IMG/VR virus record: IMGVR_UViG_3300007171_000004
Location: 192,001-256,000 of that record
DNA length: 64,000 bases
Origin: a virus
Lineage: Duplodnaviria; Caudoviricetes
Reading direction: 5' to 3' (one strand)
Shown: piece by piece, positions 57,391-64,000 of the stretch
Position numbering within the stretch: the stretch's first letter is position 1
How the letters are laid out: every line of letters begins with the position of its first letter
The notes under the pieces: generated by a model
Told to the model about the DNA's origin: nothing
The model's input: the letters and a program-made list of their open reading frames with translations, nothing else
The model's database searches: none
Made by a program: the position numbers and the translations under genes

Positions 57391-57876
57391 ATGTGTACTT
57401 ATGAGAGTCTTGAAAATTATCAAGAAATTTTAACCTTTACTATTCCAGGTCGTCCAGCTACTAAAAAAACTTCTCAAAGAGTTGTAAGAATTGGAAGGAT
57501 GACTAAAGTTCTTCCTTCTGTGACTTATGAAAAATACGAGAAGAATTGTAGAGAGCATTGCGAAAACATCTGGAAAAATGCTGGAAATGATCCAATTGAT
57601 TGTGGTATTGGAATTTATTATAAGGTTTATCTAGATTCTTATATCATTGGAGACTCTACAGGATATTTTCAAGCTATTGGTGATATTCTAGAAAAATTTG
57701 GAGTGATTGCTAACGATATGTGGATTCATTGGCTTTCTGATGATACACATGCAATTGCCATAGATAAAGCTAATCCAAGATGTGAAATCAAAATTGTAAG
57801 ATATAAACATCCTTATGAAGCATATAGGATGGAAAAGATTGCTAAAGAAAATAAGAAAAATAAAACCCCAGTTTAA
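57391..57876 (+). CDS. RusA-like Holliday junction resolvase
   Basis: FTIPGRPATKK, D....QAIGDILEKFGVIAND, IDKANPRCEIKI; catalytic motif diverged. Confidence 0.7.
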   Translation: MCTYESLENYQEILTFTIPGRPATKKTSQRVVRIGRMTKVLPSVTYEKYEKNCREHCENIWKNAGNDPIDCGIGIYYKVYLDSYIIGDSTGYFQAIGDILEKFGVIANDMWIHWLSDDTHAIAIDKANPRCEIKIVRYKHPYEAYRMEKIAKENKKNKTPV

Positions 57877-57891
57877 CCTGGGGTTTTATTT
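57858..57891. terminator. Bidirectional terminator between convergent genes
   Basis: aaataaaaccccag-N6-ctggggttttattt, a 14-bp stem. Confidence 0.8.
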
Positions 57892-58225
57892 ACTCTGCAG
57901 CTGGTTCTTCAACAACTGGAGGAGGAGCTACAGGACGAACATAGTGTGGTTCGGTATCTGTAATACTAAACTCACCTTCAACACCAAGAGGCTCAATTAC
58001 TGTCTTAAATGATTCTTGAAGATCATCTTGTGCCTTCATGATATCGTTGTCGAGAGTTGCCTTTCGCTCCTTGGCTTGCTCATACTGCTTCAAATTCTCT
58101 TCAAAACTCATGAGCCAATCAAGAATGTCCGACTTCTGTGCCTTAAGCTCCAATACAACTTGACGCTTTGCAACGAGCATCAAATAATCATCATGCGAAA
58201 TCTGTGGATCTGTATTTTCTTCCAT
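57890..58225 (-). CDS. Hypothetical coiled-coil protein
   Basis: 111-aa ORF. Confidence 0.65.
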   Translation of the reverse strand: MEENTDPQISHDDYLMLVAKRQVVLELKAQKSDILDWLMSFEENLKQYEQAKERKATLDNDIMKAQDDLQESFKTVIEPLGVEGEFSITDTEPHYVRPVAPPPVVEEPAAE

Positions 58226-58252
58226 AATTTTCCTACCCTTATTAACTAGGTA

Positions 58253-58286
58253 CTTGTATTATACCCAAAATCAGATAGAATAAGAC
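58253..58286 (+). promoter_or_regulatory. Sigma70-type promoter, probably leaderless
   Basis: cTTGTATtatacccaaaatcagaTAGAATaagacATG; 29 of 37 positions identical to the purA promoter. Confidence 0.65.
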
Positions 58287-58958
58287 ATGATTATTTACAT
58301 TAGTCCATCTGATTTTGCATTTCTTTATAAGCAATCAAAATGGGGATTTCATCAAAAGTGTATGAAGAATATTCGTAGACCTTTTCTTCCAATGCCAGGT
58401 ATTTTTAATGTTATTGATGCTGGAATGAAAGAATATCTCAAGAGTACTAAAAAACCTAATATTAAAAATACAGATATCTTTAATGATTTTGAATTTAAAT
58501 TTGAAGACGCTGCTGTTTGTTCACGTCCTATTGTAAATTCAGATTTTCCAGATGTTCAAGTATGTCTTCGTGGAAAGCTAGATGGTATTTACACTAATGG
58601 ATCTCAAAACTATTTAATCGACTTAAAGACAAGTTTTACAGACCCTGATTCTCTTAAAAAATACAATTTACAACTTAATTCATATGCTTTTGCTCTTCAA
58701 AATCCTTATGATGAATTTTGTGTAACCATGGACATTTATAAAGCTGGATTAATTGTGTATGAACCAGAGTCTTTTAATGAATTGGGCTTGATGGGCGGAA
58801 TGGCATGGCATGAGACAAAACTGAATTTAAATGCTTTTGAAAAATATATTCAAGATACAATTATTCCATTTTTAGCTGGACCAGAACCTAATGCAGAAGA
58901 ATCAGATCCTTTTTATGATTATTTATATAAATTAGGCTTTAGAAACTCAGAAAGCTAA
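58287..58958 (+). CDS. PD-(D/E)XK nuclease (RecB/Cas4-like fold, no Fe-S cysteines)
   Basis: LRGKLDG...LIDLKTS...QLNSYA motifs. Confidence 0.85.
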   Translation: MIIYISPSDFAFLYKQSKWGFHQKCMKNIRRPFLPMPGIFNVIDAGMKEYLKSTKKPNIKNTDIFNDFEFKFEDAAVCSRPIVNSDFPDVQVCLRGKLDGIYTNGSQNYLIDLKTSFTDPDSLKKYNLQLNSYAFALQNPYDEFCVTMDIYKAGLIVYEPESFNELGLMGGMAWHETKLNLNAFEKYIQDTIIPFLAGPEPNAEESDPFYDYLYKLGFRNSES

Positions 58959-58959
58959 A

Positions 58960-59003
58960 AGGAATTTATGTTGACACTCCTGTAAAATAACTTCAGGAGT
59001 GTC
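58960..59003 (+). promoter_or_regulatory. AGGA-N18-GTAA promoter candidate overlapping a 10-bp hairpin that covers the downstream SD
   Basis: gacactcctg-N11-caggagtgtc (58973-59003); its 3' arm contains AGGAG 11 nt before ATG 59011. Confidence 0.5.
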
Positions 59004-59010
59004 TTTTATT

Positions 59011-59979
59011 ATGCCAAAGTTTGTGGATGATTTTGTTTCCGAAAGATTAAAAGATAAATCGTTCTATCCTGAGCTAAGTGAAAAAGAACGCAAGTCTATT
59101 GCATTCGCAATAGCATATAAAACATTAAATGAAAAAAAGCAAAAGAAAAATAAAAAGAAAAGCTTTTTTATTGGTGTTAATACAAGATACTCCGAACTCT
59201 TAAGATTATGTCGTCATTTAGATCATAAAGGTCAATATCGTACTGCTGATAAAATTGTAGAGGCTTTAAACCGTGGAGAATTCTGGATTGAGGATGATGG
59301 CTCCACTATATATGCAGATGGTGATGTTGGTGATTTGAATCATGCAATGGTAGCTGAACAAGAAATGATATCTAGGTTGGGTATTTATTTCGAAGATGAA
59401 ATCTACTCTATCGAAAATGCTAGAGAATTGTTTTATCAATCTATTAATGACGAAGGTGCTTATGGCCCTGATGGTATAGAAGATTATATTCAAGATCTTA
59501 AATCTGATTATGGAGATGATTGGGTTGATGAAGCTTCATTTGATCATTTTATTGTGTGGAATTCTACAAAACAAGCCCATAATCATCCTGCAATGTTAAT
59601 AGAGAGCCAAAAAACTTTAGAAGGATTTAAAGATCCTGTAACTTTTGCAATTGAAAACTATGGATGGATTAGAGCTGAGATTAATAGAAATTATGCAGCA
59701 TTTCAAACTAAAAATTTGAACAAGATGAATTTTGATAAAATCTTAGCATGTCTTCTTGGAGATTATCCTGAAGAGTCTAATATACAGCCAGATTATAAAA
59801 TTTCATTAGAAGTACAATCTCCAGTGGTTACATCTTTAAAATTTAATTATGATGAATTTAATTGGGATCATGTATGGGAAGAATTTAAAAGCTCTATTGG
59901 ATTAAAAGAGCCTGTTTCTGAACCTAATTTAGCTACTCCAAATATGCCTGAGTATTATCAAGGAAGAGAAGGCGATTAA
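59011..59979 (+). CDS. Hypothetical acidic protein with LxxLCxxLDxxGxYxxAD motif
   Basis: Likely start MPKFV at 59011 (the track uses GTG at 58999). Confidence 0.7.
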   Translation: MPKFVDDFVSERLKDKSFYPELSEKERKSIAFAIAYKTLNEKKQKKNKKKSFFIGVNTRYSELLRLCRHLDHKGQYRTADKIVEALNRGEFWIEDDGSTIYADGDVGDLNHAMVAEQEMISRLGIYFEDEIYSIENARELFYQSINDEGAYGPDGIEDYIQDLKSDYGDDWVDEASFDHFIVWNSTKQAHNHPAMLIESQKTLEGFKDPVTFAIENYGWIRAEINRNYAAFQTKNLNKMNFDKILACLLGDYPEESNIQPDYKISLEVQSPVVTSLKFNYDEFNWDHVWEEFKSSIGLKEPVSEPNLATPNMPEYYQGREGD

Positions 59980-61448
59980 TGACTAATTCCTTAGAACTAT
60001 TAAAACTTGCGGATTCATTAGATCGTCAAGGCTTTTATAGATTAGCACAAGAAGCCGAAGAATCAGCACAAGAACAAGCAACATCTCAACAAGAATTACA
60101 ACAAAATAATATTAATTTTTATGAAATGACTGGAAATACAGCTGAGTTATACAGTGCATATAATTATTTAAGACAACTTATTGGGCTTGGTCTTAATTCT
60201 AGATATTTTCAACAACTTATAACAACTTATAAATTAAATAATATTGATCAGATGATTGGTGTTTTTGCTAGATTAGGGAATACAAAAGCTGCTGATCTCT
60301 TAAAATCAATAAGTAATAATAAATTTTTAGCAGCTAGACAAAACAAATTATTTACTTATTTGAAAACATTTGAACCAGGAGCGCTTTTTACAGCTGATGA
60401 ATTGAAAATTCTTCAGAATGCTACAAAATATAATGCTCCTGCAATTGGGTCTGGTTTAAATACTATTGAAAGATTTAAAAATCTTTCTGGTATTTCACAA
60501 GAAGTTATTAACGCAAATCCAACTAAATTCAGAGATGTTTTAAGATTTATTGGAAATGGCCAAATCGAAGAAGCAGCAAATATTTTAAAAAGCATCGAAG
60601 GTTTAAATTCAAGTCAAGTGGATGCAATCTTATTTAATTCAAAAGCTATTCAAAGTGAAATAAAAGCTGCTGAAAATGTTTTAAAATTTGATCAAGTAGC
60701 CCTTCAAAAGGGTAATTCTGTATTCACAGCTTTAAGAGCTATGGCAGCAGAAATTCCCGTCATTGGTAAAGTAATTCAAGTTCTAGAATGGGGTATGTCA
60801 AAAGGACTTCCTATTCTTGGTATTATTGCTGGAGCTGTAGAAGTGGTTGCATATTCAAACCAACTTAAAAGTGCTCCAGAAGAAGAAAAAGCAGATATTA
60901 GAATGGACATTGCACAGGGAGTAATTAATATAATTGGTAATATTTTAATGCTTGTCCCAAATCCAATAGCACAATCAGCAGGTGGCATAATTCTTGGTTT
61001 AAATTTAGCTGCAGATGTAGTACAAGGTAAATCAAAAGATTGGATGGCACAAGCTGAAGGTTTCGATAATGCAGAGCAGATGAAACAAACAAAGCAAATT
61101 GCCGAACAAGATCTTTCTGTTGTTTCAAGCAATCCTGAAGTAACAAAAGCAATGGATTATCTAATCAAAAAAAATTGGGTGTATTTTGAATCCCCAGCTA
61201 GATATAAAAATGAAATTTCTCAAAAGTTAATGCCAAACAATGCTCTTGCAGATGTTGGTGGACTTTATGGTAGTGATAGAAATGCAAACTTTTGGAAGTG
61301 GTCTGGAAATACAAATTCTCCTGAATATTTAGAATTTGTTCAATCTCTGACTCAGTTGAAAAAGAAACTCTTTGATAGTTTTAGGCAACCTAGACAAATG
61401 ACTCAAAGAACTTCATGTAGAGCTAAAATTAAGCTAAAATATGCTTAA
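59979..61448 (+). CDS. Helical protein with hydrophobic hairpins, probable virion internal/ejected protein
   Basis: N-terminal LLKLADSLDRQGFYRLAQ; hydrophobic segments LPILGIIAGAVEVV and IAQGVINIIGNILMLVP...AGGIILGLNLAADVV. Confidence 0.7.
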   Translation: MTNSLELLKLADSLDRQGFYRLAQEAEESAQEQATSQQELQQNNINFYEMTGNTAELYSAYNYLRQLIGLGLNSRYFQQLITTYKLNNIDQMIGVFARLGNTKAADLLKSISNNKFLAARQNKLFTYLKTFEPGALFTADELKILQNATKYNAPAIGSGLNTIERFKNLSGISQEVINANPTKFRDVLRFIGNGQIEEAANILKSIEGLNSSQVDAILFNSKAIQSEIKAAENVLKFDQVALQKGNSVFTALRAMAAEIPVIGKVIQVLEWGMSKGLPILGIIAGAVEVVAYSNQLKSAPEEEKADIRMDIAQGVINIIGNILMLVPNPIAQSAGGIILGLNLAADVVQGKSKDWMAQAEGFDNAEQMKQTKQIAEQDLSVVSSNPEVTKAMDYLIKKNWVYFESPARYKNEISQKLMPNNALADVGGLYGSDRNANFWKWSGNTNSPEYLEFVQSLTQLKKKLFDSFRQPRQMTQRTSCRAKIKLKYA

Positions 61449-61485
61449 AATTGTATAAATAAAAATAAAAAAAGGAATTGATATT

Positions 61486-61737
61486 ATGGACAGAACATTT
61501 GTAATTTTTGATGTAACAGAAGTTGATAAGGTTGACTTCACCCAAGTACTTGAAACATCTGCAGATACTTTGAGAAAGAGTGTTGATGGAACTAAGACTT
61601 TCGTTAAGTGGGAAAGTGCAGAACCTACATTCTTAGCAGATCTTGAAACAAAGAGTGATCTTTATTCTTATGAAGAAATTCTTGCAATTCTTCAAACTCC
61701 AGAATGGACTGCACCAATGGATATGCCTACTCCTTAG
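61486..61737 (+). CDS. Small acidic conserved phage protein
   Basis: FVIFDVTEVDKVDFTQVLETSADTLRKSVDGTKTFVKW; SD AAGGA. Confidence 0.75.
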   Translation: MDRTFVIFDVTEVDKVDFTQVLETSADTLRKSVDGTKTFVKWESAEPTFLADLETKSDLYSYEEILAILQTPEWTAPMDMPTP

Positions 61738-61915
61738 TCTTTTTCTTTCCTAAGGTTTTTAAATAAGCCTCAAGATTCTGACATATTTCTTGTTGAGATA
61801 ATTCAGTTTCTTGAGGCTTTGGTTTATAATTTATTAAAAAACCAATTAATATTCCACAAAAGAAAAAGAATATTAGGATTTTAAATTGCGAGATAATATT
61901 TCCAGTTTTCATCAA
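61727..61915 (-). CDS. Small single-pass membrane protein
   Basis: ILIFFFFCGILIGFLI transmembrane-like segment. Confidence 0.5.
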   Translation of the reverse strand: MMKTGNIISQFKILIFFFFCGILIGFLINYKPKPQETELSQQEICQNLEAYLKTLGKKKTKE

Positions 61916-62387
61916 TTGAATCTTTATGTTTACTTAAAATAGTACTAAATGAATATCGGGGTACTTTTGGACTAGACAAAAGCTTCATTCCAGATTTTTC
62001 TAAAGTTTTGCCAGCCTTTTTATAATTACATTTCTTGCAGCTTGTTACTAAATTTTGCCAAGATGTAATTCCACCTAAATGTCTTGGATAAACATGATCA
62101 AGAGTCAAATCAATATGTTTTTGACCACAATATTGACATGTAAAATTATCTCTTGCATAAACACCATAACGAGAAACTTTAAATTCAGTTCTAAACTTTC
62201 TCTTAGCCTTATAATTTAATCTAATAACAGAGGGAATTTCAAAACTTAATCCTCCACCTGAAACAAAAGTATCACCACTATAATGAAGAACATCAGCTTT
62301 ATTAAGAATAATTAATTTAATCGCTTTGTGAAGGGTGCAAATATTCAAAGGCTCATAATCTGAATTAAGCAAAAGAACTCTAGACAT
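61881..62387 (-). CDS. HNH endonuclease (McrA-like family)
   Basis: VLLLNSDYEPL, IPSVIRL, RDNFTCQYCG, TLDHVYPR..GG..SWQNLVTSCKKCN.KK. Confidence 0.92.
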   Translation of the reverse strand: MSRVLLLNSDYEPLNICTLHKAIKLIILNKADVLHYSGDTFVSGGGLSFEIPSVIRLNYKAKRKFRTEFKVSRYGVYARDNFTCQYCGQKHIDLTLDHVYPRHLGGITSWQNLVTSCKKCNYKKAGKTLEKSGMKLLSSPKVPRYSFSTILSKHKDSIDENWKYYLAI

Positions 62388-62421
62388 GTTTTATTCTACC
62401 ATCTATTATGATCATCTACAA
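62388..62421 (-). promoter_or_regulatory. Sigma70-type promoter, probably leaderless
   Basis: TTGTAG-17 nt-TAGAAT-aaaac-ATG, with extended -10 TG. Confidence 0.6.
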
Positions 62422-62422
62422 A

Positions 62423-62456
62423 AAAATTACCCCAGCTTTTTTGCCGGGGTAATTTT
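62423..62456 (-). terminator. Intrinsic terminator after dnaK
   Basis: 14-bp stem with one G-U pair on the minus strand, followed by a T-run. Confidence 0.8.
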
Positions 62457-62470
62457 CTTTCCGATGATTT

Positions 62471-64000
62471 TTAGCCTTGTGGACTTTCTTCTACAACTTC
62501 GGGCTCTACGACTTCAGCATCTACAATATTTTCATCTGTAGGAGGCTGATTTTCTTGAGACTGTTCATAAATTCTTTGGGAAAGTTCAAAAGCTTTAGTC
62601 TGGAGTTCATTCAAAGCAGTATTAAATGCCTCTTCATCTTCAGACTCCATGACATCCTTGAGAGCTGTAATCTTTTCATTGATTGCAGTTTTCTCTTCTT
62701 CAGTAACCTTTTCTCCAAGATCATTCATAGATTTCTCAACACTATAAATTAATCCATCTGCTGAATTATGACGCTCAATCTTTTCCTTCTGCTTCTTATC
62801 TTCTTCAGCATACTCAGCAGCTTCTTGAACCATGCGCTCAACTTCATCCTTAGAAAGATTTGAAGATCCAGTAACAGTAATCTTTGCTTCCTTATTTGTG
62901 CCTTCATCCTTGGCAGTTACAGAAAGAATACCGTTTGCATCAATGTCAAATGCAACCTTAATCTTTGGAACACCTCTTGGAGCTGGCATAATTCCCGAAA
63001 GTTCAAAGTCTCCAAGCTTCTTGTTATGTTGCGCAATTTCTCGCTCACCTTGGAAAATGTTGACACTTACAGCAGTTTGTCCATCAGCTGCGGTCGAAAA
63101 TACTTCCTCTTTACGGGTAGGAATTGTTGTATTTCTGTCGATGAGCTTTGTAAATACTCCACCCATTGTCTCCAACCCAAGCGATAGAGGAGTGACATCA
63201 AGAAGCACAACACCCTTGACATCTCCGCTAAGTACACCCCCTTGAACTGCAGCACCAATTGCAACAACTTCATCAGGATTAACAGAGCGATTAGGTTCCT
63301 TGCCAGTTAGAGATTTGACAAGATCCTGAACAGCTGGAATACGAGTAGAACCACCAACCAGAATTACCTGCGCAATATCCGAAGCAGAAAGATTAGCATC
63401 AGAAAGAGCTTGGTTTACAGATACCTTAGTGCGCTCAACAAGATCCCGTGTTAAATCATCAAACTTGGCACGGGTAAGATTCACATCAAGGTGCTTTGGA
63501 CCATCTGCATCTGCTGTAATAAATGGAAGATTAACATTAGTAGTCAAAGATGATGAAAGTTCAATCTTAGCCTTTTCTGCAGCTTCCTTGAGACGTTGAG
63601 ATGCTTGCTTATCCTTGCGAAGATCAATCCCGTTGTCCTTCATAAATTCTGTAGCAAGATAATCCATAACCTTATCGTCAAAGTCATCACCACCAAGATT
63701 TGTATCTCCAGAAGTAGATTTAACTTCAAAGACTCCATCACCAACCTCAAGGATAGAAACATCAAAAGTTCCACCACCAAGGTCGTATACAAGAATAGTC
63801 TCATTTGTATTCTTGTCAAGTCCATATGCTAAAGCTGCAGAAGTAGGTTCATTAATAATACGAAGAACTTCAAGCCCAGCAATCTCACCTGCATTCTTAG
63901 TAGCAGTACGTTGTGCATCATTAAAATAAGCTGGTACAGTAATAACAGCCTTGTCTACCGTTTCGCCAAGATACTTTTCTGCATCATTCTTAAGCTTAGT
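62471..64000 (-). CDS. dnaK: Hsp70 chaperone DnaK (N-terminus beyond the window edge)
   Basis: Frame open to base 64000: [60 protein letters not shown]. Confidence 0.97.
   Translation of the reverse strand, partial: TKLKNDAEKYLGETVDKAVITVPAYFNDAQRTATKNAGEIAGLEVLRIINEPTSAALAYGLDKNTNETILVYDLGGGTFDVSILEVGDGVFEVKSTSGDTNLGGDDFDDKVMDYLATEFMKDNGIDLRKDKQASQRLKEAAEKAKIELSSSLTTNVNLPFITADADGPKHLDVNLTRAKFDDLTRDLVERTKVSVNQALSDANLSASDIAQVILVGGSTRIPAVQDLVKSLTGKEPNRSVNPDEVVAIGAAVQGGVLSGDVKGVVLLDVTPLSLGLETMGGVFTKLIDRNTTIPTRKEEVFSTAADGQTAVSVNIFQGEREIAQHNKKLGDFELSGIMPAPRGVPKIKVAFDIDANGILSVTAKDEGTNKEAKITVTGSSNLSKDEVERMVQEAAEYAEEDKKQKEKIERHNSADGLIYSVEKSMNDLGEKVTEEEKTAINEKITALKDVMESEDEEAFNTALNELQTKAFELSQRIYEQSQENQPPTDENIVDAEVVEPEVVEESPQG

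Noticed and set aside
58287-58958. Cas4 implying a CRISPR locus
   Set aside because: The four-Cys Fe-S motif is absent, and there are no other cas genes or arrays; it is a generic PD-(D/E)XK nuclease.
59979-61448. Tape measure protein
   Set aside because: It is short for a large phage, lacks periodic repeats and has no adjacent tail assembly chaperone pair; it is kept only as a possible ejected protein.
194-63832. Numerous short ORFs antisense to or nested within long genes (e.g. 194-535, 7625-7987, 28400-28766, 62832-63245)
   Set aside because: They are shadow frames of well-supported genes and show no recognisable motifs or translation signals.
1-64000. Alternative genetic code (TAG/TGA recoding) as seen in some huge phages
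   Set aside because: Conserved genes are full length in the standard code, and TGA serves as a stop at several overlapping gene junctions (e.g. purA/dnaN, dnaC-like/dnaB).
1-64000. Bacterial chromosome segment or prophage, suggested by the many housekeeping genes
   Set aside because: Portal, terminase and protease genes, highly diverged replication genes, dense same-strand packing and the absence of typical bacterial operon context or an integrase favour a large phage.
1-64000. CRISPR array, tRNA or rRNA genes
   Set aside because: Intergenic gaps are short, and I saw no regularly spaced repeats or cloverleaf-like sequences. A covariance-model scan would be needed to exclude small RNAs.

Overview
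AT-rich, gene-dense segment of a large tailed dsDNA (jumbo/'huge') phage genome. It uses the standard genetic code, runs mostly on the minus strand, and shows no tRNA, rRNA or CRISPR array. 1-18.4 kb is a head morphogenesis/packaging module: prohead protease (truncated at the left edge and absent from the ORF track), portal fused to a DUF559-like nuclease, many unknown probable virion proteins, DUF192, UDP-galactopyranose mutase, a beta-helix spike-like protein and a large terminase with an intein. 18.5-52 kb holds a near-complete bacterial-type replisome (DnaE, DnaN, DnaX, HolA-like, DnaB, DnaC-like, split DnaG, SSB), recombination genes (RecA, RecJ, split SbcC plus SbcD), nucleotide metabolism (PurA, dUTPase, NrdAB), two clear sigma factors plus a third candidate, a SpoVS-like protein and a Ycf46-type AAA ATPase. 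53-64 kb holds plus-strand probable virion genes, RusA-like, PD-(D/E)XK and HNH nucleases, and DnaK (truncated). Most notable: (1) a SigH-type AGGA-N18-GWA promoter sits upstream of virion genes, matching the phage's own SigH-like sigma; (2) probable virion proteins share a [KR]-x-A-[SQA] motif and an LxxxAxxLDxxGxYxxAD helix, which may form a cleavage/cargo-loading code for the prohead protease; (3) the terminase intein is class 3 and starts with Leu; (4) SbcC and primase are split; (5) several sigma70-type promoters appear to make leaderless mRNAs. Family assignments come from motif recognition by eye; no database searches were run.
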